Source of the DNA: Planctomycetota bacterium | Lineage (GTDB): Bacteria; Planctomycetota; UBA11346 | Direction: 5' to 3' | Assembly (NCBI GenBank): GCA_038213805.1 | Contig: JBBQSO010000009.1 | Location: forward strand, 31,663 to 95,662 | Length of the DNA: 64,000 nucleotides | Part shown: piece by piece, positions 1-9,970 of the stretch | Layout: each line of letters begins with the position of its first letter | How positions within the stretch are numbered: position 1 is the stretch's first letter | Program-made: the position numbers and the translations under genes | Notes under the pieces: generated by a model | Seen by the model: the letters and a program-made list of their open reading frames with translations, nothing else | Database searches by the model: none | Told to the model about the DNA's origin: nothing

Positions 1-171
1 GTCCCCGATCTCACCACGCGCATGATCGCCGCTGCTGAGGAGCTGCGCTTCGAGGAGGCCGCGCGCCTGCGCGACCAGATCAAGCGCATCGAGGCGGGCG
101 GCAGTGTCGCGGCCGATGCGGATGGCGGGGCGCGCAAACCGCGGGGGCGACCACGACGGAAGAAGCGGTGA
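1..171 (+). CDS. uvrB: 3' end of a UVR-domain protein, probably excinuclease ABC subunit B (partial)
   Basis: Frame 1 reads VPDLTTRMIAAAEELRFEEAARLRDQIKRIE...KKR*, the UvrB/UvrC coiled-coil motif followed by a basic tail; TGA at 169-171. Confidence 0.7.
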   Translation, partial: VPDLTTRMIAAAEELRFEEAARLRDQIKRIEAGGSVAADADGGARKPRGRPRRKKR

Positions 172-252
172 GGTGGGATGCGGGACGCGAGGACGGCATC
201 GGCCTCACCGCTCATCCACCGCGCGTCCCGCTTCCCGTTTCATGACCCGGGC

Positions 253-1728
253 TCAGTCCGCCTTGCGGAAGTCGATGAAACCGCGCTCCACATCGATCCG
301 GTCCAGCTGCACGCGCAGCCGGTCGCCCACACCAACGCCGGCGAGGCCGCTTGCCAGCCGGCCTTCAACAGGCGGCTGCAGGATCCGCACCCACGTACCC
401 TTGGCGGAGGCGCCGGTGACGATGGCATCGAATGCCTGGCCGATCCTGGATTGCAACAGCATGGCAGCGGCGGATTTCGCCACCTGGCGCTCGACCTTGT
501 TCGCGACCCCTTCCCGCTCGGTGCACTGCGCTGCGATCACCGTCAGTTCATCGCTGGCATAAGGCTGAGCGCCGCCGGTCACGGCGGCTTTCAGCAGGCG
601 CTGCGTGATCAGATCGGGATAGCGGCGGTTGGGGGCCGTGGAATGCGCGTAGTCCTTGACCGCGAGGCCGAAGTGCCCTGTGGCGATCCCACCCGGAATC
701 TGAACGACGTATTCGCCGGAACCCAGCAACTTGATGACGCTCAGCGAGAGATCGGGGAAGCGCAGCGGGTCTGCGGCTCTGGCGGAAAGCAGGAACCCCT
801 CCAACGCCTGCGCGTCGGGCTCATTGGGCAGAGTGGTCCCGCGTGCGGCGGCCAGTTCGACGATGCGGTTCCAGTTCTTGGGCGTGCGGACGACGCGGCG
901 CAGGGACGGGAAGCCCTTCGCCGCGAGGAAACGCGCCGTCACGCCGTTGGCCGCGATCATGAAATCCGCGATCAGGTCCTTGGCGCGGTTCGGCTGGTCG
1001 GTCTCCAGGCCCTGGAGCCCCTCGCCGGCGAAGACCGCCCGCGCCTGGATGGTCTCGAGGTCGAGCGCCCCGTGCGCGTGGCGGATGCTTTTCAGACGCT
1101 GCGCAACGCCATCCTGCAGCCGGAGATTCGCATCGAGCCCAGCGACACCGCTGATTCCAGACGGCATCGGACCCTTCCCCTCGAGCCATGCAGCGACTCC
1201 GTTGTAAGCCAGCTTAGCCCGGCTGCACACGAGCGCCTGATAGATGTCTGAAGCCTGAACCGAGCCGTCCGCAGCGAAGCTCATCTCGATGACCACCGCC
1301 AGCCGGTCGGCCGCCAGGTTGAGCGAGGTGAGATCGGTGGACAGCCTCCCCGGCAGCATCGGGAAGATCCCGCCAGCGGTATACACCGAGGTGGTGTTGG
1401 CCCGCGCATGCTCGTCCAGGGGCGACTGCTTCTGAACGAGCACATCGACATCGGCGATGGCGACCAGGATCTTCACGGCTCCATCCGGCAGCGCTTCGGC
1501 AACGGTCAGCTGATCCAGATCACGCGAGTCGTCATTGTCGATGGAGCACCACAGGAGTTTCCGGAGATCGCGCGTGAATCCGTCATTCCTGGTCGCGGCG
1601 CCGTGGATCCCATCGAGCTGGGCCAGCGCCTGGCTCGGGAAATCCGGGGCGAGGCCTTTCTCAACCATGACGCGCCGCGCGATCCGGCGCAGGATGGAGA
1701 GGCTCTGATTGTTGGTGGAAGTGGTCAT
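253..1728 (-). CDS. RNase II/R family exoribonuclease (RNB + S1 domains, no N-terminal cold-shock domains)
   Basis: SIDNDDSRDLDQ catalytic motif, HFGLAVKDYAHSTAPNRRYPDL, C-terminal S1-like VGDRLRVQL; start taken at MTTSTN. Confidence 0.9.
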   Translation of the reverse strand: MTTSTNNQSLSILRRIARRVMVEKGLAPDFPSQALAQLDGIHGAATRNDGFTRDLRKLLWCSIDNDDSRDLDQLTVAEALPDGAVKILVAIADVDVLVQKQSPLDEHARANTTSVYTAGGIFPMLPGRLSTDLTSLNLAADRLAVVIEMSFAADGSVQASDIYQALVCSRAKLAYNGVAAWLEGKGPMPSGISGVAGLDANLRLQDGVAQRLKSIRHAHGALDLETIQARAVFAGEGLQGLETDQPNRAKDLIADFMIAANGVTARFLAAKGFPSLRRVVRTPKNWNRIVELAAARGTTLPNEPDAQALEGFLLSARAADPLRFPDLSLSVIKLLGSGEYVVQIPGGIATGHFGLAVKDYAHSTAPNRRYPDLITQRLLKAAVTGGAQPYASDELTVIAAQCTEREGVANKVERQVAKSAAAMLLQSRIGQAFDAIVTGASAKGTWVRILQPPVEGRLASGLAGVGVGDRLRVQLDRIDVERGFIDFRKAD

Positions 1729-1951
1729 GATTTCAGCTCCGGAGAGGAGGTTGCTTCGTACGGAACTGTCGCCCAGTCCGCCAGAATACATCAAGGCCGG
1801 GTGGCTCGGGGCCGCGCGGCCACTGCGCTACGACCCGTTGCTGGGGCCCTGATGCGGCGCTACGGCATGACGCTTCGGGATCACGGTCACACCACGAAAG
1901 CGCGGTTCCTCTCGCCTCGCGCGGACCGGCCGCTCAACCTGCGGCGGAGAT

Positions 1952-2821
1952 TCAGAACCGCCGCTGCGGCACGTAGACCGTGTCGCCCGGCCGCAGCACC
2001 GGGTCCTCCAACTCGCGGTGGCCGCTGAGGATGCCCTCGACGTTGACGGCCTTCACGGGCTCGCCGGCGTGCAGCAGCTGGACCTCACCCTCGCGCGCGT
2101 ACTTGTCGAAGCCGCCGGCCAGACTCACCGCCTTGCTCACGGTCAGGGTCTCTTGGCTGGGGATGCTCAGCGCGCCCGGCTTCATCACCTGTCCGGCGAT
2201 GTAGATGCGATCGAGGCGCGGCACCACGACCAGGTCGTTGGGCAGCAGGACCACGTCCTTGTTGGCGTTGCCGTTGTCGCCGACCACCACGGGTATGGCT
2301 GAGATCTCGCCCTTCTCGCTTTCGCGCAGCACCGCTATGCCGCGCCGATTGCCTTCCTCGAGCAGGCCGCCTGAACTGGTCACCGCCTGGATGGCGGTGG
2401 TCGCGACCGAGGGCTCAAGGTCGATGGCGCCGGGCCGGGCGACGCTACCCATCACGTAGATGCGGCGGCGACCGAACTCCTTCACCGTCAGCACCACCAC
2501 CGCCTGCTGGAGGTAGTCCGCCTCATAGAGCGTCTTGAGCCGCGCGCTGAGCGCGTCGACGGTCATGCCGCGCACCTGGTCGACGGCGCCGATCAGCGGG
2601 AAGTGCACCGGCCCGGACACCGGCACGCGCACCACCGAGGTGAGGTCGGGGTGATTGTAGACCTCGAGCTGAAGGAGGTCACCGGGACGCAGGGCATCGA
2701 GCGCGTCGGCACTGCCGGCGGGCTCGGCACCCAGCGCGCGGCCAGGTGCGGCGACCGCCAGAGTCAGGATGAGCATGGCTGCGCCCAGCGCGCGCCCCAA
2801 CCAGCTGATGCGCGTCCTCAC
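1952..2821 (-). CDS. Polysaccharide export protein (Wza-like Poly_export + SLBB domains)
   Basis: LRPGDLLQLEVY...VHFPLIG, then two SLBB repeats (IYVMGSVARPG, IYIAGQVMKPG) and LRPGDTVYVP; signal peptide; GTG start estimated. Confidence 0.85.
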   Translation of the reverse strand: MRTRISWLGRALGAAMLILTLAVAAPGRALGAEPAGSADALDALRPGDLLQLEVYNHPDLTSVVRVPVSGPVHFPLIGAVDQVRGMTVDALSARLKTLYEADYLQQAVVVLTVKEFGRRRIYVMGSVARPGAIDLEPSVATTAIQAVTSSGGLLEEGNRRGIAVLRESEKGEISAIPVVVGDNGNANKDVVLLPNDLVVVPRLDRIYIAGQVMKPGALSIPSQETLTVSKAVSLAGGFDKYAREGEVQLLHAGEPVKAVNVEGILSGHRELEDPVLRPGDTVYVPQRRF

Positions 2822-3001
2822 GGTGCGGCCCTCCGGCCTGCGATGATGCACAGCGTCCCCGTTCCGCAACGACCATGGCCTGCGCTGCACAATGCAGCGC
2901 AGGCGGGCGGCACTGCGGCATGCACAGGCCATGGACCGCGGTTGACTCATGGCATCCGGCGGGTGTGCTGGCCAACCACTCCCGCTCCGGGCCAATCTCC
3001 C

Positions 3002-5119
3002 ATGAACACTCCCGCTCAGCTGACCGCATCCGTCCCCTTGTCGACCCTGCTCGGCATGATCTGGCGGCGGAGGTATATCGCCATCACGGTCGGCGCCGCC
3101 TTCGCTGCGCTGATCTTCCTGGCGACCATGACCATCACTCCGCTGTATGAGGCGGACGCCATGCTGGTGGTGGATAAGGGGCGCAAGGCCCTGAAATTCC
3201 AGGCGGACGACGTCGAGATCGAGAAGGGCTCGGAGTTCTCTGTGCTCAACACCCAACGCGACCTGCTGGTCTCCTACCCGGTGCTGCGCGCCGTGCTCGA
3301 CCAGACCGGCCTGGCCCAGAAGCCGATCTACGCGCACAGCCGCGATCCCGTCGAACTGCTGCGCGCACGCCTCAAGGTCCTGACCAACAAGGACAGCTGG
3401 GTGATCACCCTGGCGATGCGCGACGAGGACCCGGAGATGGCCCGCACCGCCCTGGGCAAGCTCATCGCCACCCACCTTGAGAACGAGGCCAAGCGCGGCG
3501 CCGAGCGCTCGCGTGGGGCGATCAGCTTCCTGCACGAGCAGGTCGACAAGGCGCGCGTGAATCTTGAGCGCCAGCGCGCCGCCGAGCAGGAACTGCGCAA
3601 GCGCAAAGGCATCCTGTCCACCGACCCCGACCGCAACCACCTGTCGCTCGACCTCGCCACCCTCAACGCCAGCCGCATCGACCTCGGCGCCACCGCCGCG
3701 GCCAGCGCCGCCGTCGTCCAGGCGATCGAGGACTGCGGCAAGCTTGAGCAGGCAGCGCGCCGCGATGCCCTGCTGCGCATCCCCGAGATCCGCCACGACC
3801 CCCTGGTCGAACAGCGTCAAGAGGCGCTGTTCACCCTGCAGGACCACGTCGTCGCCCTTGAGCAGCGCTACAAGCCAGGCCACCCGTTGATGATCGAGGC
3901 GCTCAAGCAGGTCGAGGCGGCAAAGGAACGCCTGGCCGCGGTGGTCGAGAGCGCGCGGGCCTCGCTGGTCCAGAACGATCAGGCCCTCGGCCGCCGCCTC
4001 GCCCAGCTCGACCAGCACGTCGCCGCCGTGGTCTCCGAGCTGGCTGATTACCGCGCCAATCTCATCGAGCTCCAGGACAAGACCCAGGAGGCCGACACCG
4101 CGGAGCGGCTGTTCCAGACCCTGCTCAGCCGCCTGCAGGAAGAGGAGGTCACCAGCCACCTCGGCGACCAGGTGGTCAGCGTCGCCGAGCCGGCCCATGG
4201 CACGCAGTGGCCGGTGAACATCCGCAAGTCGCTGTTCATGCTCGCCGCGCTGTTCCTCGGCGTGCTCGCCGGTGGCACCGTCGCGCTGGTCGTCGACGGC
4301 CTGGATGGTCGCATCCGCGACGCTGCGGGCGTGCGCGAGGTGACCGACCTCCCGACCCTCGGCTTCATCCCGCACTACGATGCGCTACCGGCTCTCGGCC
4401 GCCTCACCGCCACGCCCAACCCCCATTTGCGCACGGTCGACGAGTCATTCCGCATCCTGCGTTCGACCATCCAGCTCTCGCACGACCTGCAGCAGGGCTC
4501 GCGCATCATCGCCATCACCTCGCCGAGCCCCAGCGATGGCCGCACCGCGATCGCCACGCGCCTGGCGCGCAGCCTGACCGCGTCCGGACGGCGCGTACTG
4601 CTCATCGATGGCGACATGCGCAATCCCACCGTCCATACCCACCTCGGCGAGGAGGACGGGCCGGGCCTGTGCGAGCTGCTGGTGGGCGAAGAGGTGAGCC
4701 CCATCCCCACCTCATACGCGCGCCTCGATCTGCTGCGCGCCGGCGCCCAGCTCGAGAACATCGCCGAGCTCTTCCAGAGCGTGCGTTTCTACGATCTGCT
4801 TTCCGACTTCACCGCGACCTATCACTACATCGTCATCGACACGCCGCCGCTGGAATTCTCGGAGTCGCTGATGCTCGGTGCGGTCGCCGACGACATCCTG
4901 CTGGTGGTGCGCGAGCGCTCGACCACCAAGGAGGCGCTGCGCCTCGCCCACATCCACCTCGGCCGGCTGCTTGGCAAGGTGCTGGGGCTGATCATCAACG
5001 ACGACCGCTCGGTCGCCTCAGGCCGCGGTCAGGACGCGCGCCTGGCGCGCGCCGTGCCGGCGGTGGCGCATCGCCCGCTCGAACGTGTCGGTCCGGGCGC
5101 GCCGCCCGCAGCGGGCTGA
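3002..5119 (+). CDS. Polysaccharide co-polymerase / BY-kinase-like protein (Wzc/GumC family)
   Basis: N-terminal TM with PLYEA, long coiled coil, second TM, then P-loop domain with ESFRILR, LLIDGDMRNP, IVIDTPP. Confidence 0.9.
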   Translation: MNTPAQLTASVPLSTLLGMIWRRRYIAITVGAAFAALIFLATMTITPLYEADAMLVVDKGRKALKFQADDVEIEKGSEFSVLNTQRDLLVSYPVLRAVLDQTGLAQKPIYAHSRDPVELLRARLKVLTNKDSWVITLAMRDEDPEMARTALGKLIATHLENEAKRGAERSRGAISFLHEQVDKARVNLERQRAAEQELRKRKGILSTDPDRNHLSLDLATLNASRIDLGATAAASAAVVQAIEDCGKLEQAARRDALLRIPEIRHDPLVEQRQEALFTLQDHVVALEQRYKPGHPLMIEALKQVEAAKERLAAVVESARASLVQNDQALGRRLAQLDQHVAAVVSELADYRANLIELQDKTQEADTAERLFQTLLSRLQEEEVTSHLGDQVVSVAEPAHGTQWPVNIRKSLFMLAALFLGVLAGGTVALVVDGLDGRIRDAAGVREVTDLPTLGFIPHYDALPALGRLTATPNPHLRTVDESFRILRSTIQLSHDLQQGSRIIAITSPSPSDGRTAIATRLARSLTASGRRVLLIDGDMRNPTVHTHLGEEDGPGLCELLVGEEVSPIPTSYARLDLLRAGAQLENIAELFQSVRFYDLLSDFTATYHYIVIDTPPLEFSESLMLGAVADDILLVVRERSTTKEALRLAHIHLGRLLGKVLGLIINDDRSVASGRGQDARLARAVPAVAHRPLERVGPGAPPAAG

Positions 5120-5122
5120 GAT

Positions 5123-6358
5123 TCAATACGCGTAGGCGATGTCGGCCGACATCTGCTCACGGTTGTAGTTGCTCGCGCCGTTCGAGCTGACATGGCTGCC
5201 GAGCACGCGCAGGTGGGCCGAGAGGCCCTCGACGAATTCGTACTGGAGAGCCAACGAGCCGCTCGCGACCTGGCGCTCGGGGATCTCGACCCCGGCTGGT
5301 GCGCCGCTGTTGCGGTCGCGCGAAAGCGAGAGGCTGGCGATCAGGGCGCAGCGCTGCTGCAGGCGCAGGCGCACATCGCCGGCGACCCCGTAGGAGGTCT
5401 CGGCGTTGCTCTGCAGGCCGTCGCCGGCGTTGCTGAAGAGGCGGACTCCGACGCGGCTGGATTGCTCCCAGAGCCACTCGGCCCCGGCATCCACCCTGGG
5501 CCAGATCACGGTGCGGTCGTCGAAGGCGGGATCCTTCCGGAAGTCGTCGGCATAGAAGCGCCCGATCACGCCGCCCTCGACGTGCAGGCTGGTGCGCGGC
5601 CCCAGCGGCCAGCGCCGGCCCGCAGTGGTGACCAGCGCGCGGCAGTCGTTGAAGCGTGGCCCGGACGGGTAGTCGACGAACTCGAGACGACCCGCGAACC
5701 AGTACTGGTCCTCGCGGTCGCCGCTGCCGACGCGCAGGTCGCCGCTCCAGGTGGTATGGTCGGCCTCGTTCTCGTCGAACAGTGAGGTGGCGTCGCGGTA
5801 GTTGCGGTGGCTCCACCCGAGGGCCGCCTCCTGCCACCAGTCCGCCACCACCTGGCGGTGGCCGCTGACGGCGAGATCGTAATCGTCGCGCAGCACCTGC
5901 TCGCCAGAGATGATCAGCGCGTCCTGGGTGCTCGTCCAGCCGCCCGTTCCCTTAACGGTGAAGCCCACGCCGGTGTAGTCGCCGCCGAGGCGCACCCGCC
6001 CGATGGTCGCATCCTGGTCGGCGAAGCGGTTGTAGTGGATGCGCTCCAGCTCGCCCTCGAAACGCGCGTTCCAGTCCGGATTGGGCAGATAGCGCGCGAG
6101 CAGGCCGACCAGGCCACGCCCGTAGGTGTCCGAGCCGCGTCTGGTGACCGGATCGACATCGCTGATCCAGCCCACGCCGAGCAGGGCCAGCGGGTGGAGT
6201 TCGAGGCGGTCCTGGATCAGGCGCAGGTCACCGGCTGGCGGAATGGTGAAATCAGAGACCGGCACCTCCTGCATGCCGTCGCGGGCCCAGGCGGCCGTGC
6301 TGGAGGTGACAAGCAGCGCCGCGAGGGCGACCGGCGTGACGAGGACGTGTCTTGGCAT
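5123..6358 (-). CDS. Outer-membrane beta-barrel protein of the exopolysaccharide locus
   Basis: Signal peptide, alternating beta-strand pattern, C-terminal aromatic residue (ADIAYAY), next to wza/wzc-like genes. Confidence 0.7.
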   Translation of the reverse strand: MPRHVLVTPVALAALLVTSSTAAWARDGMQEVPVSDFTIPPAGDLRLIQDRLELHPLALLGVGWISDVDPVTRRGSDTYGRGLVGLLARYLPNPDWNARFEGELERIHYNRFADQDATIGRVRLGGDYTGVGFTVKGTGGWTSTQDALIISGEQVLRDDYDLAVSGHRQVVADWWQEAALGWSHRNYRDATSLFDENEADHTTWSGDLRVGSGDREDQYWFAGRLEFVDYPSGPRFNDCRALVTTAGRRWPLGPRTSLHVEGGVIGRFYADDFRKDPAFDDRTVIWPRVDAGAEWLWEQSSRVGVRLFSNAGDGLQSNAETSYGVAGDVRLRLQQRCALIASLSLSRDRNSGAPAGVEIPERQVASGSLALQYEFVEGLSAHLRVLGSHVSSNGASNYNREQMSADIAYAY

Positions 6359-6522
6359 GGTGCGCAACCCTAGCCGAGGTCCGCTGCGCCGCCATGCCCC
6401 GGCGAGCCGCACGCGCGCGGCCGTCTCCCACAAGCTGCTGCTACCCTCAGGGTGCGTTAGCGGCGCGGGCCATGGCGCGGGCGGTCGAAGAACGGGTGCA
6501 GCATCGACGACGCAGCTGACGC

Positions 6523-6538
6523 TGGCACGACCCGTGCG
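6523..6538 (+). promoter_or_regulatory. Possible sigma-54 (-24/-12) promoter
   Basis: TGGCACG-ACCC-GTGCG has GG-N10-GC spacing and lies about 50 bp upstream of the ATG at 6590. Confidence 0.35.
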
Positions 6539-6589
6539 AAGGATTCGACCGGACGGACCTTGCCAGGTGTTTTTTTTGGGGACATACTC

Positions 6590-7051
6590 ATGGAAATGGC
6601 CATTCCCTATAGTTCAACCGCGCCCCTGGCCGAGGTTTACCGCCTGGCGGCGATCCAAGCGCTCAGCGAGGGTCGGGTCACTGCGGCCTTCCTGGCCAAA
6701 CACACCCGTTGTCCCGTGCCGATCGCAACCCAGGTCGCCGGCGAGATCTTCAAAGGTGCAGCACATCTGCGCAATGGCACCCTTCTGCCCGCCCAGTCCG
6801 AACTGTCGCTGGCCACGATGGATGGGCAGGGCGCCGACCCAGCGCAGTCCGTCACCTCGGTCTATCGGCGCAGCGTTTCGGTGTGGCGCCAGCACCTCGT
6901 ACGCAAACAGGAGGAGCTGGACCGGCTCGCTGAATTCGGCGATGAGGGCGGAGAGCAGGTGGCCGCCCTTGAGGCGCAGATCGCCGAACTGCGCAAGCGG
7001 CTGGCCGACTCCGAACTCACCGTGATCGAGGACGAGCCCGAACGCGCCTGA
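6590..7051 (+). CDS. Hypothetical protein with C-terminal coiled coil
   Basis: Protein-like composition (VAALEAQIAELRKRL); fills the gap between flanking genes. Confidence 0.65.
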   Translation: MEMAIPYSSTAPLAEVYRLAAIQALSEGRVTAAFLAKHTRCPVPIATQVAGEIFKGAAHLRNGTLLPAQSELSLATMDGQGADPAQSVTSVYRRSVSVWRQHLVRKQEELDRLAEFGDEGGEQVAALEAQIAELRKRLADSELTVIEDEPERA

Positions 7052-7112
7052 AAGGCGGTTCCGCAGGCTTCAACGCTTGATTCCGGCTATCAGCGCGCGA
7101 TGGCCGGATGGC

Positions 7113-8462
7113 TTATCGCCCGCTCAGCGTCTCCGCCCACGCCAGGATCTCCAGCGCGTGGCGATCGCCGGGTGCCTGATCCAGCACCGCATGCACCTGC
7201 GCGAGTGCCTCGTCGCGGCGCTGCTGACTGCCCAGGATGAGGGCCATGGCGAGGCGCGCATCGCGTACGCAGGCCGGGTCACCCAGCGTGCGCGCATAGA
7301 GGTCAAGCGCCGCCTGGAGATCGCCGGAGTCCGCGGCCAAGCGCGCCGCCCACAACAGGGTGGCGCTGTCGGTCTGGCCGCTGGCGAGCAGCGCGGCGAG
7401 TGCGGCGCGCGCCGCAGGCCGGTCTCCGGCCGACCAGGCGAGCCAGGCGGCGAGGCGCTGCGTACGCGGCGCCGACGCTTCGGTGGGGGCGAGGCGCGCG
7501 AGCAGGGCGCGGCCCTCGCCGGGCGCACCGGCATCCCCCGCAACCGCCGCCGCCGCGAGCAGCAGCGCGGGCGTGGCCAGCTCGCTGGCGAGCGCTGCGC
7601 GGTAGGCGGCCAGGGCCGGCTGGAAGAGCCCGGCACGGCGCAGGTCGTCGGCGAGGCGGCTGCTCGGTACCGCGCCGGCGCGGTGCGCGGCAAGCGCGGT
7701 CGCCGCCGTCTCGTCCGGATCCCCACCGTGCTCGCGCGCCGCGAGCAGCGCCTGCCAGGCGAGCTGCCGATCCGCCTCAAGCGGCGGCGGGGTACGCACG
7801 AGCAGCTCGTGCGCGGCCGCGGCGAGATCGTCCCACTGCGCGCCGGCCTGCAGCGCGGCGAGTTCGATGCGCATGAGGTTGGCGTCGGCGGGGAAGCGCA
7901 TGCGACCAAGGCCGGCGGTGGCCAGTGCACGCCGCGGTGCTCCGGCCTCCAGCTGGCAGCCGGCGAGGATGGCGAGGTCGTTGGCGGTGGCCACGGGCGC
8001 GGTGCCGCCGGCCAACGCGTCGGCGAGTTCGAGCGCGGCCCCCGCGCGGTCGCCGGCGGCGGCCAGGGCGCGGCCAAGATTGGCGCGCGTGCCGGGGGGC
8101 ACCTGGGCGGTGGGAGCGACCAGGGCCGCGCGGTAGGCGGCGATGGCGGCCGGGAAATCGCCGGCGACGAAAGCCGCGTCGCCGCGCACGCGCTGCAGCC
8201 AGGGATGGTCGGGACCCCGGTAGGCGGCGAGGCGGGCCTGCGCGTCCTTGATCTGGTCCGCGTTCAGCAGCGGATGCACCGCGTTGATCAGCTCGACCAG
8301 CGCCGGTGGCAGGGGTGCCGCGGGCGCGGGTGCGGCCTCGGCGGGGGCGGCGATGATCGCGACTTCGGCGGCGCCGGCCGGGAATGCCAGCCACGCGCAG
8401 ATCAGCAGCGCGGCGACGCTGCCGACGAGCCGCCGGTGGATGCGCAGGTCAGGGCAGGACAT
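7113..8462 (-). CDS. Exported TPR-repeat protein of the TonB cluster
   Basis: Signal peptide, repeated TPR-like helices (GDFPAAIAAYRAAL, GDLQAALDLY), overlaps tonB. Confidence 0.75.
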   Translation of the reverse strand: MSCPDLRIHRRLVGSVAALLICAWLAFPAGAAEVAIIAAPAEAAPAPAAPLPPALVELINAVHPLLNADQIKDAQARLAAYRGPDHPWLQRVRGDAAFVAGDFPAAIAAYRAALVAPTAQVPPGTRANLGRALAAAGDRAGAALELADALAGGTAPVATANDLAILAGCQLEAGAPRRALATAGLGRMRFPADANLMRIELAALQAGAQWDDLAAAAHELLVRTPPPLEADRQLAWQALLAAREHGGDPDETAATALAAHRAGAVPSSRLADDLRRAGLFQPALAAYRAALASELATPALLLAAAAVAGDAGAPGEGRALLARLAPTEASAPRTQRLAAWLAWSAGDRPAARAALAALLASGQTDSATLLWAARLAADSGDLQAALDLYARTLGDPACVRDARLAMALILGSQQRRDEALAQVHAVLDQAPGDRHALEILAWAETLSGR

Positions 8463-9132
8463 ACTGGAAGGTCCAGGTGCAGCGTGTGCTCACCGCGACG
8501 CCGCCCTTGCGGCCGGCAACGAAGTGCGAGCGCAGGACGCCGTTGAAGCTCGGTTCGCGGAAATGCTCGGGATGGCGTGCCGCGACCAGTTCCAGATCGC
8601 TGACCCGGCCATCCTCGTGGACGATGAAGCTCACCACCACGGTGTCGGTAAGTCCGAGGCGCTGGGCACGTGGCGGATACGCGGGGAAGTGCCGGTCGCT
8701 GGCGCGCACGCCCTCGTCAAGGTCGTGCTCGTCGAGCGGCGCCAGGGTCGGCGCAAGCACGCCCGGTGCGCCGGCCTGGACCTCACCAAGCTGCTGCGGC
8801 ACGAGGTCCGGCAACGGCACGACCACCGGCGCCAGCGGCTGGGCGAGGGCGTCGAGAGTCGGGCGCACGCCGAGATCGAGGGTCGGCATGGCCGGCGGCG
8901 TGGGCGCGCGCGCCGGGCGCGGCGTGACTGGCGGTGCGGACGGCGGTACCACCGGCGGCTGCTCGCGATGCAGCTCGACCAGCGGCGGCAATACCACCGC
9001 CGGGGAGACCGCGAGCATCCGCGCCAGGGCGCTGAACAGCACCAGGTTGACCACCACCGCGGCGAGCAGCGCCACCGCCAGCAGCGGCGTGCGCCGCCGG
9101 CGCGCGGGGCGCAAGGCCAGCGCGGCGCTCAT
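8449..9132 (-). CDS. tonB: Energy transducer TonB
   Basis: N-terminal TM, Pro-rich linker, PAYPPRAQRLG...VVVSFIVHEDGRV C-terminal domain. Confidence 0.85.
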   Translation of the reverse strand: MSAALALRPARRRRTPLLAVALLAAVVVNLVLFSALARMLAVSPAVVLPPLVELHREQPPVVPPSAPPVTPRPARAPTPPAMPTLDLGVRPTLDALAQPLAPVVVPLPDLVPQQLGEVQAGAPGVLAPTLAPLDEHDLDEGVRASDRHFPAYPPRAQRLGLTDTVVVSFIVHEDGRVSDLELVAARHPEHFREPSFNGVLRSHFVAGRKGGVAVSTRCTWTFQYVLP

Positions 9133-9551
9133 GGCGCCTCCCTGGCCTGGGCGGCGAGATCGACGCGCTGCGCGCCGGCGGCGGTGCAGGCGTCCATGAC
9201 CTCGAGCATGCGTCCGGTGCTCACCTGGCGGTCAGCCACCAGCAAGACGCGCACGGCGCCACTGCGCTGGAGGGCTGCGGCGAGCGCGCCGAGTCCATCG
9301 CCGTGCGCGCCACCCGGCAGCAGCACCGCGCCGCTCGCGGTCAGCGCCACCAGCAGCACGTCGTTGGCCTCAGTGGGCCGCGCCTGCGCGCTGCCCGGAC
9401 GCTCGATGTCGACGGTGCTGTCGGCGGTGAAGCTGGTGGTGACCATGAAGAACACCAGCAGTACGAAGAGGATGTCGATCAGGCTGATGACGTTGATCTC
9501 GACGCCACCGGCGGGCCGGCGGCGCTGGCGCAAGAACAGCAGCGGGTTCAT
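9129..9551 (-). CDS. exbD: Biopolymer transporter ExbD
   Basis: INVISLIDILFVLLVFFMVT TM with the conserved Asp; ADRQV...VMD motif. Confidence 0.9.
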   Translation of the reverse strand: MNPLLFLRQRRRPAGGVEINVISLIDILFVLLVFFMVTTSFTADSTVDIERPGSAQARPTEANDVLLVALTASGAVLLPGGAHGDGLGALAAALQRSGAVRVLLVADRQVSTGRMLEVMDACTAAGAQRVDLAAQAREAP

Positions 9552-9970
9552 GAGCGCGCTCCGGCACGCGTGCCGGCTGCGGTAAGCATGGCGACCCGGC
9601 GCGCGAACAGCGCGTGGGCGAGCGCCGCCGGGATCGCCACGACCAGGCCGGCAGCGGTGCAGATCAAGGCCTCGGAGATCCCAGCGGCGAGCTGCCGCCC
9701 GCCGGCGCCGCCGAGCGCGGCGAAGCAGGTGATGATGCCGCTGACCGTGCCGAGCAGGCCGAGCAGCGGCGCGACCGCGGCGAGGATGCGCAGCAGCCAT
9801 AGGCGCGCGCGCAGGCGTTGCGCGCCGTCCGCCGCGGAGAGCCAGCCCAGCGCCACGCCCTCAAGGATCAGCGCCCACGCGACCACCCCGCACAGCGCGG
9901 TCGCCCACAGCGGCGCGCCGCCGATGGCGGCCAGGCGTTCCAGCGCGGTGAGCAGGCCGTCAGCGGGCAT
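9548..9970 (-). CDS. exbB: Short MotA/TolQ/ExbB proton channel protein
   Basis: APLLGLLGTVSGII...GISEALICTAAGLVVAIP. Confidence 0.9.
   Translation of the reverse strand: MPADGLLTALERLAAIGGAPLWATALCGVVAWALILEGVALGWLSAADGAQRLRARLWLLRILAAVAPLLGLLGTVSGIITCFAALGGAGGRQLAAGISEALICTAAGLVVAIPAALAHALFARRVAMLTAAGTRAGARS

Noticed and set aside
2822..4375. N-terminal extension of the 807-aa ORF in front of the Wza-like domain
   Set aside because: It overlaps the wzc-like gene on the opposite strand; the signal peptide starts near 2821.
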